Below, one piece after another: positions 1 through 11,729 of a stretch of DNA of 64,000 nucleotides. The stretch is from the NCBI GenBank assembly GCA_951406725.2, contig OX597827.1, forward strand, positions 83,018,001 to 83,082,000, given 5' to 3'. Below the pieces are notes generated by a model. It made no database searches and was not told where the DNA came from. It saw only the letters and a program-made list of their open reading frames with translations. Every line of letters starts with the position of its first letter. Within the stretch, counting starts at the first letter, position 1. This DNA comes from Octopus vulgaris. Its lineage: Eukaryota. The translations under genes were made by a program, and so were the position numbers.

Positions 1-279
1 CCTACCTACAATGAATTCCACTTTGCTGTCGGTCAGTTTTAAACTTATGAAGTGCATTCCACAAGTTTCAAGATTTTTTTTTTCTTTAGAAGAGGCAGGT
101 TATTATAATTTCAGTATATCATTACTAAACTGACCTGCCACCTTTTGTTATTCCAGCTTGAAGGAGATGGTTGTAACAGCACTTTGAATAGAGCCTGCTA
201 AATACTGCTGGTCTTGGCTGACTGGTTTGCAGAAAGCAGTCGGGCGATGAAGGCAATTTAGAATGTGTGTGTGTGTGTG

Positions 280-1340
280 TGTGATAGTTTTGTGTTTAAC
301 TGGATAAAAGTGCTATAGAAAGTGATGAAATGCTCCAGACTGCTTGTGGACTAACTTTGAGTCCAGCAAGTTTTTCACTGGCACAAGAGATTCAAGGACG
401 GTGTAGAGGTGAGAGATGATGAGAGGTGTAGGAAGGAGATGTGGTGTCAGAACATCAGAGGTGGTGGAGAAAATTTGCAATTTTCTGGATGAAGACCATC
501 ATGTGTCTGTAAAGACAATAAGCCAACAGTTTGGAATTGGTACAGCAAATGTACACAGAATTATTCAGAAAGATCTGACCATGTGTGAAATTTGAGCAGA
601 GTTTGTTCCAAAGGTACTCAGCGATGAACAGAAGGAAAGACACATTGGGGACAACAGGAGATGGTTGAGCTCATTATCTCCACTCTAAGGGTTCTTCAAT
701 CTCTGGTGACCTACGATGTCAGCTGGCTCTATTATTATGATCCAAAGGTCAAGAGATATAATGTCCAATGGACGCATCCTGGCTGCCCCAGACCCAAGGA
801 GACCAGGAAAAGCAAGTCCACCTAGGAAGCTCATGATGATCCCCTTATTTGACAGCATCATCTAAATCCACTGGGTTCCCACTGGTCAAACGATCAACAA
901 ATTGTGGTTTGTGGAGGTTTTGAGAGGGTTCAGGAAGAGATTTTGGTGCAAAAGGTTAGAACTCTTCCACTTGGGTTGGTGGTACCAGCACCAGGACAAT
1001 GCACCAGTCCCCAATTCCATCCTGGTAACCCCTACTTGACAGAGGTGGGCATCAAAACTGTCCCTTACCATTCCTACAGTCAAGACTTGCTCTCTCTGAC
1101 TTTTGGTTGTTCTCCAAGTTGAAAGAAAACCTCAGCAACAGCTTGGTTTGAAGATATTGTGAAGATGAAGGAGGCTGTGACAAGGGTCCAAGACACCTTC
1201 CCTTTGGACGACTTCCATGGGGCCTTCATGAAGTAGCTGGAGTGCTACAAGTGCTTTGAAGTCAGAGGATCATACTTTGAAGGGGATTAGGGTTTTAAAC
1301 TTCTTTGCAAGTCAAACTCACGGAAAGCTCCTTGGATACC
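280..1340 (+). mobile_element. Degenerate mariner (DD34D) transposon
   Basis: Broken frames give FHWHKRFKDG, VTYDVSWLYYYDP, HQDNAP, HSYSQDL and YFEGD*; many stops and frameshifts. Confidence 0.85.
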
Positions 1341-1863
1341 GTTGGTGGAGTCCACTTTGTTGTCCAGTTTACTCTGGCCTGGTCATTAGGCATCATTCCT
1401 AGTCTCCACTCTGATGTTACACAAAAACCTGAATCTCTGACTCCCTACAATGGAGTCTGGTCTTTTGGATGCCTTCAGTTGAGTCCACTCTGTTTCCAAC
1501 CCTGCCATTTGATACTTTCAACTGAGTTGTCATCCATTTTAATACAACTACCTGGTTTTTGGATACCTCTAGTTGATACCCCTTGTTTAACTTCCCTACC
1601 TGATCCAAGGCTTTCTTTTAGTCAATTTCACTCTATTGCCACCGAATCTAACATTACCTGGTCCCTGCATGCCTCTGTTGTTTCTTAGTTTAACAAAACC
1701 TACTCTTTGGGTAACTTTTGTGGAGTTCAAGTTTTCTGGTTACTCTTCTGAGATATATTCCCCTCTCCCTATTCTCAAAATCCCTCAAAAAGGGCCACTG
1801 ATGTGACCCTTCTTCTAGCAAACAATTGCATAAAGAATAATTTTTCTCGACTTTTTCTTGCAG

Positions 1864-2791
1864 GAATTCTTGGTCTGTTAACATGGACAATGGAACGACC
1901 ATAACTCACCCGCATCAGTTTGGGTTCTACCGATGGAACTTTCCAAATATGACCTTCCCTGCAAGTTTCCAAATCCCTGAGCAAACCTCTCATAACTGCG
2001 ACCTAAGTCCAACTCAGACAATGTTACCAAAATCCTATTTGGATTATCAGATGAAATTAAATGATTTGTGCCAACAACGGTCAACAATGGCCTCGACCGC
2101 TGTGTCCAGTCCCATGAATCGCAAGATCTTATTGAAGACTCAATTAATGAGAGTCTTATTGGCAAGACAGAGACCTGGCTACCTGGAATTTTTGCAAAGA
2201 TATGCAGCAGAACAGGTCAACAGCTTTCAGACATCAACCAGTGATTATCTGGATCACATTCGACAGAATGCCACTGAAGATTTTCATCGAAATGGCATTG
2301 AGGTTTCAGTTATAGACAATGATTTTGGCAGGAACCATATGTTCCACCAGGAAAACTCACTAATAAATAATATTGCAGACAGCGAAATAAAATTGGGCAG
2401 AGCAAGAATTAGTAATAAGAGAAGCTGTAACGCCATAAGTTATCAATTCACATCGACTTCCTTGAGTAACCATGAAAATGTAGATGAATCGGTCAAGTCT
2501 TGCAGACACACTTGCACCGGTGAGTTCTATATTCCCCAAAATAGTAAAAAGAATTCATTTCGACATTTGAGATCTCGAAGACCTGTAAATGGAACGAGGA
2601 AAACAGAAATTATAAACAAAGAATCTGATGTAATCCGGTCCTTCACTTTCTTACAAAGGAAACGTCCAAGACATGTGGGACAATACCATTCTCCATCCAA
2701 TGATGACGAGATTACTGCGTCTAAAAGAGATCCACTTGATTCTTGTAGATCTAACTTGGAAACTGATTTTTCTGGGCATTCTTGGGAATGA
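1864..2791 (+). CDS. Hypothetical protein; probable terminal exon (or single coding exon from ATG 1883) of an unidentified gene
   Basis: 302-codon non-repetitive ORF, open back to a strong acceptor (tttttctcgactttttcttgcag ending 1863); AATAAA near 3116; no recognisable TE or domain motif. Confidence 0.55.
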
Positions 2792-2993
2792 AGGATCAGC
2801 GAGAAGGAAACAAAAAACAAAAAAAAATGTGAATAAGTTCAGTGAATAAGATCACTAAAATAATTAACTTGCAATTAAATATTGATTGAAATTGATTGCT
2901 AATTTGTAATGTCTGAATTTCAATTTGTCCTTCTCCTCTTACATCAGTACAGATAGATATATAGAAGAAAATATAGACATCTGGCTATATATA

Positions 2994-3025
<32 letters not shown>

Positions 3026-3365
3026 CACAAAGAGATATGCACACATGCAAATATCTTGTGCTTAGATGCTAGTTTTATAGAGAAAGGGAGAAATATGGTG
3101 TTTTGTTTGTTTATAAATAAATATAAAGACTGTAAATATATTATTACATACGTAATATTAACAGGGATTTTGATGTTTAGACTTCTGGGCTATCATCAAG
3201 CAGTGTGATGACGATAAGGAGACCAAAACTTTGAAGTCCCTATCAAACGTTTCCTTATGAATATGGTGTTCAACTAAAAAGTATTAAGTGTTCCTTCAAT
3301 CTAACACTTGATTGTTTTATGTACGACCTTACATAAAAACAAACATCTACATAAACATATAGTAG

Positions 3366-3396
<31 letters not shown>

Positions 3397-3924
3397 ATGT
3401 ATGTTGATTTTTAAACACATGAAAACATAGGTGATACATATATGTGCAGGGAGATTATTAAGATTATATATTCATAAATGATAAATATGATAGATAGGTA
3501 TGTCTACCTGTGTGTATATGAAGATGAGGAGAAAAGGTGTTGGACTTGGTCATAATGTTGTAAAGGCCACATTATCCTTGAGTAAAATACTTCATTCTAC
3601 ATACTTCTGTCCACTTAGCTGAAAATAAGTTCAAATCTGGGACAAACTGGCATCCCATTCCTGGTGGAGACACTGTCACATAGACACTGTGGTTTCGAGG
3701 ATAAACTGCAGCATAATGATCATGGAGGCTGATCACAGACAGGGAAATTCATTAAATGTATACTGATATGTGTGGTGTGTGTGTATGTACACACTCACAC
3801 AAACCGGTTCTCTCTCTGTAAAAATACACCATATATAAACTAGTCCGTGTGCATGCATATTATCAAATTATGATGAATCTAATATGCATATGTAGGGGTT
3901 TTATAAATATATAGGAAACCTACC

Positions 3925-4075
3925 GTTGTGGTCTGGTAGAATTGTCGGACAAAATGTTTGGCCATGTTCCTTGCAGCTCTTGACATTCTTAGTTCAAATA
4001 CTGTTGAGGTCAAAACTTTGTCTCTCCTTTGAGGACAATGAATTAGGTCAGTTAGAAGGGTCAACACCCACGCGT
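3925..4075 (+). mobile_element. Degenerate cephalopod/mollusc-type SINE
   Basis: Similar to the repeated unit ctggcagaattgt...gagttcaaattctgctgaggtc..ctttg seen many times in the window. Confidence 0.55.
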
Positions 4076-4284
4076 CCTTTCTGTCCTTGGACTCTGCAGC
4101 GGGGATGGCATCCTTTCCTGGGCAACTGTTAAGATCTCATTTTCTTAGACACCAGGAAGGTCCATAGCTCAAGAAAAATACAATATCTGCATCAATTTAT
4201 AATGATATTTATTATATATATATATATATATATATTTAGACTACATACACACACATGATTGTATTGTTTACTCAGATGCACTAC

Positions 4285-4296
4285 AATGTGTGTGCA

Positions 4297-4350
<54 letters not shown>
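4285..4350. repeat. (TG)n microsatellite
   Basis: Direct reading. Confidence 0.95.
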
Positions 4351-4351
<1 letters not shown>

Positions 4352-5104
4352 CATGTATATGTTCGTATTTTGAGAGAGAGGAAAATAGGTATATAAATGT
4401 GTGTCTGTAGAGATGGAAGATGAAAATCTATGAAATTTAACTCCTCAACATAAAAAAAAAAACAAAGGAAATCTCGTGATAGTTAATTCTGCTTTAAAAG
4501 TTTGACTATTTCGACATTGCCCCCCCCCCAATCCTTGTCTCCATCAGAATATCTCTTCACCTCTTATGATGAGGGTTTAATGCTTCAGGTCTGGGACACA
4601 AGGATCTCAAGAGTGTGAAAAGTTTGGGTTTCTTTTTTTCTTTTTTTTTCATAATTTAAAAAATAATTTAAATTCAGACTTTTGTTTCTCCAATGAAGTG
4701 TTTCAGGAAGTAAGATTTGATATAAACTGAATAACAAGTGTCCCCTGACATAAAGGGACACTCCTGAAAGCCCAAAACCCTTTATGGGTTCATATTTCCC
4801 AACTTGCCCCCTCCCCACATTATCACTACTTCTCAACATTTCCTTTTTGTTTCTCTTGTTGTTGTCTTCTTTGAAATTCTTTTGTCTAAATAAAGATGTC
4901 AGCCTTCAAATATAGTCCAGACTTCAAGCATGGTTGTTTCATTTGTATTTCTCTCTCTCTCCCTCCCTCTTGTCTACATCACCACAACCTCCACTCACTC
5001 CCTCCGACATTTTCCTTTCACTTCAATGATGGCATCATGTCTTCACTGCTCCCTTCACACTCCTCTTATTTCTTTATATATTCTAATATCAATATTCTGC
5101 AAGA

Positions 5105-5305
5105 TGTCAATGCAGCAAGGATGCTGGACAAAATGCTTAGTAGCAGTTTGTTTCTGAGTTCAAATTCTACTGAGATCAAATTTGTCTTTCGTCCTTTCAG
5201 GGTTGATAAAATAAGAATCAGCTGACCCATGGGAAACGATATAATCAACTGGGGCCCCCCACCACCTCTCCCCAAATTGCTAAATTTCGGACCAAATCAG
5301 AAACC
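5105..5305 (+). mobile_element. SINE copy (core gagttcaaattc...gttgataaaataag)
   Basis: Shares core with the copies at 24.5-26.4 kb and 33.6-34.0 kb. Confidence 0.7.
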
Positions 5306-5314
5306 GGTGTTATA

Positions 5315-5524
5315 CAGGTTGTCCATAAAACACCTTTACAATATGGAAAATTCAGAAAAATAACGATAACCCATCAGGTGGTGTGCTCCTAATGGAATCC
5401 AGATGGAAGCGTTTTGGAGGTTTCCTATAAAACTTTAATATTTTCCAATCAACTCCACTGCATTACCCTTTTTTTTTCTTTTTCTGAATTTTTCAAATTG
5501 CAAAGGTAATTTATGGACACCTTA
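5315..5524. mobile_element. Tc1/mariner-type MITE, about 210 bp
   Basis: Imperfect ~45-bp TIRs (caggttgtccataaaacacctttacaat... / ...ttgcaaaggtaatttatggacacctta) flanked by TA. Confidence 0.75.
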
Positions 5525-7099
5525 TATTGATCTATCAATATTATTACAGGTGTAGTTGTTGGATGTGTGGTTAAGAAGTTAACTGCAAGACTCTGGGGTT
5601 ATGTGCCATACCTTATGCAACACTTTCCCTATAAGCTCAGGTCGATCTGAGCTTTAAGAGGGGGATCATAAAGAACCTGTGCAGCAAATTTTTAAAGAAG
5701 TCACACTGGTTGGTCACATGACTTAACCAGACCCTCACCACTACGATCTGACCCTTGGCAATGTTTGGTGGAACCCATTTTGTTAGAAACCTTCAATTTT
5801 GAGATTCAGTTCCTTTCATCCCTGCCAAAGACCTTGAAGAAATCTTTGGCAGTTGTGTTGCTTCTAAGGAATCCTACCAAGATTTTGTTTCTGTATATTT
5901 TATCTCAACTCTTCTAAGAGTGCCTGGTTCTTGGCAAATAGACTCTGAAGGAATATCATAATGAAGAACACACTTTGAACTGAAGACAATTTGGTCAGGT
6001 TTAGAGCTTCCATGAATACTCAATATGTGAATTGAGTAATTGCTAAACCTCAACAGCTTAATAACGAAAGGGAACATTGCTTGATGCCAAATCTCATGTG
6101 TCTGTGGACACTGACAGGTACTTCCTCTTAAAATACGTTTGCAAGACAATGGTTTACTAAAACCAGTGTTGTCTGAGGAAATGTCAGCATCACAACACTC
6201 ACAAGATGCTGCATCTGAGTATTTGAAATTAAGACAAATTGATTTCCCCAAATCTAAGTTTGATCTACTTGGAGATACTTCAGCCATAAATTCCTTTGGG
6301 TTCCCAAACCAAAAAACTGACAACTTGACTGTGATAAGATCTTAGAGCCACGAATCAGTAGAGTTTCTATGACATCATTCAAGTCATTATTCTGGCCCCT
6401 TGCATCTCCTGGGGAAACATCCTAGAATTTTAAAACAACAAATCAGATTGTAGAAATTTTGGTTCCTGGGAGACAGAGGAGGGTGAGTAGTAACCAAATA
6501 TAACTGTTGTCTTTGTCCAATGAAACATACTGTTCAAATATTTACGGTTGTTGTACGTGTATCAAAGAAGATAGAAGGGCCCAGAAATGACCTAATATTT
6601 AAAATGCCATTAGGTTTGTTTAGAGAAACATAGGGGTTAGTATGTAGCCAAATTATTATATTGTCTCTTTGACTGGAATGACAGATGGGATCAATAAATG
6701 ATCCCATGTTTAAATGAGGTCTGGAGACATCTTAGAAATAGCAGTTAAGTCATCTTTGAATTTCACTCTCCCATCATAAAAAAAGACATTTTGACTTGTT
6801 TTTCTAATTGTTATATCTGATAAAAAGAGGGGATGGGCGAGGATGGAATATATTTGATAACCTATCTAATATCACAGTTCTCCTGTGGCTAAATTACTGC
6901 ATGCTAACTTGGATAGGAAGTTGTGGCCTAAATGCATTTCCCAAGGATATTGTCTAAGTGATGAACCAGTGAGCGAGTGTTTATGCAGATTCCCTAGCTG
7001 CTAGAAATGGCAGCCAAGTGTGCCTCAAACTTCACCCAATCCCCATTTTGTCTTACGTGGGACCCACAAAGTCAAACATTTCAACCAAATCTCTGGTTA

Positions 7100-10000
7100 A
7101 TGGGGAAATAACTCTATCAGCTAATTGATTGTTAAGATGTGGTCTTCCACAATATCCGTGCGGAAAACCACCAACCTCTGAAAAGTGCTGCTGCCTTTCC
7201 TCTTTCTCCAATAAACCAGGGAACATGAGATCGTTGGGTGTCTGCTGTCATTCAACATTGGCCTATTTGTTCAAAAATCCTCCTCTTCAGAAGGTGAACC
7301 TACTCTGCTGCTCTTTTGAACTCTTTCTCTGTTCTTTCTCCTCCACGGCTGGAATTACAAGCTTCAGCAATCAGTGCCACTCATCATGCTGCAGGGCCTT
7401 CTCTTCTCCGGTATCTGGGGAAATGCTGGAGTTCTTCCTATGTCCCTTCAGCACATCCTTCAATCACAACCTCCAGCTGCCACTGTCCTGACGTAGTTCA
7501 GTGTAAAATCTGATTTGGGTACCCTGCTTTCCCCCGTCCTGCAAACCTGTTCTGTCCAGTCCAGCTGTGACGAGGCAATGAGGGCCTTTGCACTAACTGT
7601 GCCAGCATGGCACCGAATGCAATTCTCCCATCTGATATACATAGAGTGGTGTCAGAGTTATCCATTTTTGGTGGTAACGTTGATTTAATGACACTATAAT
7701 TTATTCAGTATGAGAGAGAAGGCAGCCACTGTGTTTGCTCATAACAACAAGAGAATAGAATTGATGAGATGCTTGTAATCAGTCACAACTTTTCTTATTG
7801 GAGGCAAGGCATTAACATCCAAGGTTAATTGAAGGAAGCTTACAATATCATATGAATAGGATCTGGTTGCAGTCACATGTCTCCAAGTAAGAAGGGCGAA
7901 CCTGAGCGCAAGCGGGCGTAAAGTGTGGTGGCCTGACCCAATGCATGCTGAAGAATCAACAGGCACTAGATGTATTTCTTTATTGCCTAAAAAGGGGCCA
8001 GGATGGGACAATGGACAGTCTTTTAGGGAGTTTGGATTACAATCATGATTAAATCGGAATGTCAAAGTGAAAATGCAAGAATAAAAATATAATAAAAGAT
8101 AATATATTGTTTTAAGGGTTTCTTTTTAACCCACCGATTTTTATCATTTGTTTATTTCATTTTTCTTTTCTTTTTTTTTAAACGTTTTCTTCCTCCTTTC
8201 TCATTTTGGCCAGCTACACTAGCATGATCCCATTCATACGCAACTTTCTTACCACAGTTGCCCATATTTTTTCGTATACAATCTGAAGCCGGTACTTTTC
8301 CTCCTGACTGACCTTCCATAGAAGGTGGAAGTTGAAACAACTTACTAAACCAGCCTAAATCGCTTCAGCAGATCGACAAGGCATGAGTTACATTTCCTAT
8401 CATTTCAGCCTACGTTATCCAGGCGTGCATCGAGAATAGTGTTAAAGTCTCCTAACAAAATTAGTTTCGTTGACGTCACCAGAAAAATTCTCCAGACATT
8501 GAGAGAACTCATTCTGTTTGCCTCTCATGCTAGGTGCATAAATGCCAAGCAACTTGAAGATCTTATCTCTGTATGTAAGATCCAGAATAACCGACTCGCC
8601 TTCTGGGTCTACAAAGATCTTATGTGTCTACAAAGCCAAGCTTTTCTGGAATAAAACTACAACCCCTCTCGTCCGAATAGGAGACATGATTTTTTCATAG
8701 CCATTCAGGAGAGTTGAGAGATCCTGCAGTTTGTCCATCTTGGACTTTGTAGCAACCATCACATCAATTCTGTGTGACCTGAAGTCATCGAGGGAAGAAG
8801 CCTGCTTCCTGTTTGCGCCCAAGCCACTAATATTTAAACAGCCAATGCGTGATGCAGTCGTGTCAAAACGACAAAAAGGAAGAAAATTTGGAGCCTACCT
8901 GCTCTTTTCTTGAGGGGGATTGTTCTCAGTACACTGAGACAGGTCCCCCCTCTTCTTTCCTCTCATACAAAAACAGTTCCATCAGCATGTTAGAAACTTT
9001 GGGGAAATCTTTTAAATCCATGATATCCCTACAATGTCTTTTACGAGGGGCGTTCAATAAGTAATGCCCCTGACCCACTTCCCATAGCAGTAGAGCAACG
9101 AAACTTGGCACAGTTATTAGTCTTTTTCTACATAGGAACCACCCAGAGTTACGCATTTCTCCCATCGTTTGATGCGGCTCCGGAGACCGTTTTTGTAGAA
9201 GAACCCAGCTTGGTCCTCCAACCACAACGTGACTTCAGAAATCAAGGCTGCATCATCTGGGAAACACTTTCCTTTCAAAAACAACTTCATGATTGGGAAG
9301 AGGTGAAAATCAGAGGGTGCAAGGTCAGGAAAGTAGGGGGGATTAGGAGGAGTTCATAGCCATACGCCTGTGCTTCTGATCTGGCGACAAGCGAGTTGTG
9401 GACCGGAGCGTTGTCCTGCAGGAGGAGGATGCCTTTGCTGATCTTGCCCCGCCTCTTGATTTTGATAACTTCTCTTAATTTCCTCAAAAGTGAAGCATAA
9501 TAGGCTCCTGCAATTGTGGTACCCTTTGCCAGGAAATCTGTCATCACTACTCCGTCCTGGTCCCAGAAGACTGTGAGCATGACCTTGCCAGCGGAGGGCT
9601 GCACCCTTGCTTTCTTTGGAGGGGGTGAGTCACGGTGCTTCCACTGCATTGACTGGGCTTTGGTCTCTGGATCATCGTGATGGACCCAGGTTTCATCCTG
9701 TGTAATCAGTCTTTTGAAAAATTTTGACTCATCTTCTTGGCACATCTCCAAATTCACCCTCGAGCACTCGGCGCGTTCTTGCTTCTGGAAAGGCATGAGC
9801 AACCTGGGAATCCATCTGGCAGACACTTTTTGCATATGCAAATGGTCATGAATGATAGTTTCCACAGACCCAGTACTAATCTTGACCTCATGAGCTATTT
9901 GGCGAATAATTATGCGTCGATCTTCCAAAATGGCAGCCTCAACTTGACGGACAGATGCCTCATGAATGGCAGAAGGGGGCGACCAGATCTGGGAGCTGTT

Positions 10001-11600
10001 TCCACAGAGTTCCGACCATGTTTGAATTCACGATGCCAGCGTTTTACAAGGTCATATGATGGGGCATCATCACCATAAGTTACTTTCATTTCATCTAAAG
10101 TCTCTCGTGGTGTGCGTCCTTTCCAATACAAAAACCGGATCACTGCTCGACACTCAACAGGCTCCATTTCATACTTGACTCGGTTCAAACACCTGTAAAT
10201 CAGAAACCACAATTAATTCAGAGCTGTAATTTACCACTTACTCTATAGAGATATAAATGATTGCACATGCAAACTTTCAGCTAGATCAAACAACTGCAAG
10301 TGGGTCAGGGGCATTACTTATTGAACGTCCCTCGTAGTTCCATATACAGTTCCCTAGGTATTTTCCCAATTGCTATTGCATCTTTATCACTTCTTTCATA
10401 AATGAATGACTGTTGATGATGTCTAATCCCCTCGTCTACGTATTTGTTCTGGTTTCTAAATGCTATAACGATATCACCTTTAGGTTTATCAATTACTTGC
10501 AAGTTCATATTTCCTTTTTTAGGCATTTTGGGTTGTTCTTGGGGGTGGGGTCTTGTCTGTTTGTTTTTAGGAGTCGCCTCCTGAGACTTGATAGGTGACT
10601 CCATCGTTTTCTGGGGATGCTTTCATAACACCATCTGGAAGTTCATCTCTTCTTCCAATGGTGTCACGGCTGGTTCTATTTTATCCTTTTCACTGGTGGA
10701 TGTGCTCGCCCTCTCGGTAACAGCCTCCTTGGCTGGGGGTGCTGGTATTTTATCCTCTTCAACGGTGGAGGGTGTCACCCTCTGGGTAACAGCCTCCTTG
10801 GCTTGGGGTGCCGTCTCTTCACTTTTTCTTTTGTCCTCCTTTTTGTTGTTATTTTTGGTGGTGGGGGAACTTTGATCTCATGTGGCCCTTTTTCCCATAT
10901 TCATAGTCCCTTGGTCCCCTCCCCTCTGCAGGAACCGTTAGCACAGTCTCTTCTCCAATGTGAATACTTTCAGGTAAACTTTCAAAGTCATTAGATGAAG
11001 CTTGTGCAAAGATCTCCAGAATTTGGCCTTGCCAGTTTTGTGGGGGCATCTCTGGAGATCCAAATAATGTTGATCTTGTCTTCCCTCTCACACAAGATGG
11101 TGGCCATGGTCCACGCGACCTCCACCTTGGGAGAAATATTTTAAATTTTGATTCAGGATGTTCTCCTTCTCAAGTACAAAGGCAAGAGCATCGATTTCCC
11201 ATTCTGTAAGGTTTGAGTCAAGAAGTCTTTTGCCTTCTCTGCCAACTTGAATCAGGCTTCAATTGTAGCAGATTTTGTGCTTCAGGCCAGGTATTTTGTT
11301 TCATTTAATACCAGCCAAAGGCAATTTCGTTGGGAGGGGTTATTCTGCCTTCCCCATTCTCTTTGGTTATCATACCAAAGTATACTTGTAGGTCCTCCTT
11401 TCTCAAAGTGATTTTTTTCAGTTCTGCCAACAGTGGCAGCAAAATTTAACTTTTTATTTTCTTCAGTTTAAATCATTTTTTATTCAAAAGTTATCAAAAA
11501 GTGCACAATATTTTTTGACAATTGTTCCACACAGAAAACCAACGCTGAAAAAGCAACACCAATTTGTCTATCCTTGTCTATAACAGTTCACCAAATTTTA
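7100..11600 (-). mobile_element. Highly degenerate L1/Tx1-like non-LTR retrotransposon, interrupted by a mariner
   Basis: Decayed CCHC knuckle (GRGPRDYEYGKKGHMRSKFP, ~10870-10930), APE-like start (RKQASSLDDFRSHRIDVMVATKSKMD, ~8750-8820), CPLS-like and CxxC remnants; boundaries approximate. Confidence 0.55.
9044..10334 (-). mobile_element. Full-length mariner (irritans-like), 1291 bp, transposase with two frameshifts
   Basis: 37-bp TIRs cgaggggcgttcaataagtaatgcccctgacccactt with one mismatch; TA target duplication at 9042-43 and 10335-36; WIPRLL, ITQDETWVHH, LQDNAPVH and PYFPDLAPSDF motifs. Confidence 0.96.
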
Positions 11601-11729
11601 CACAAATATAAATATCAAAACATTTCCCTTATGGGAAACCACAATTCACAAACAAAATTCCTACAAGAAGTAACAATTTTCAAAAAACTAACTTTTTGGT
11701 AATAATCTTTAACACACACACACAATGAT

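Noticed and set aside
5874-6345. 149-aa Cys-containing ORF and overlapping 68-aa ORF
   Set aside because: No recognisable motif; probably decayed TE sequence that I could not assign.
8926-10604. Intact host ORF restored by removing the mariner
   Set aside because: Rejoining at the TA gives ...YMELKDIVGISWI*, so the flank is an already decayed LINE, not a disrupted gene.
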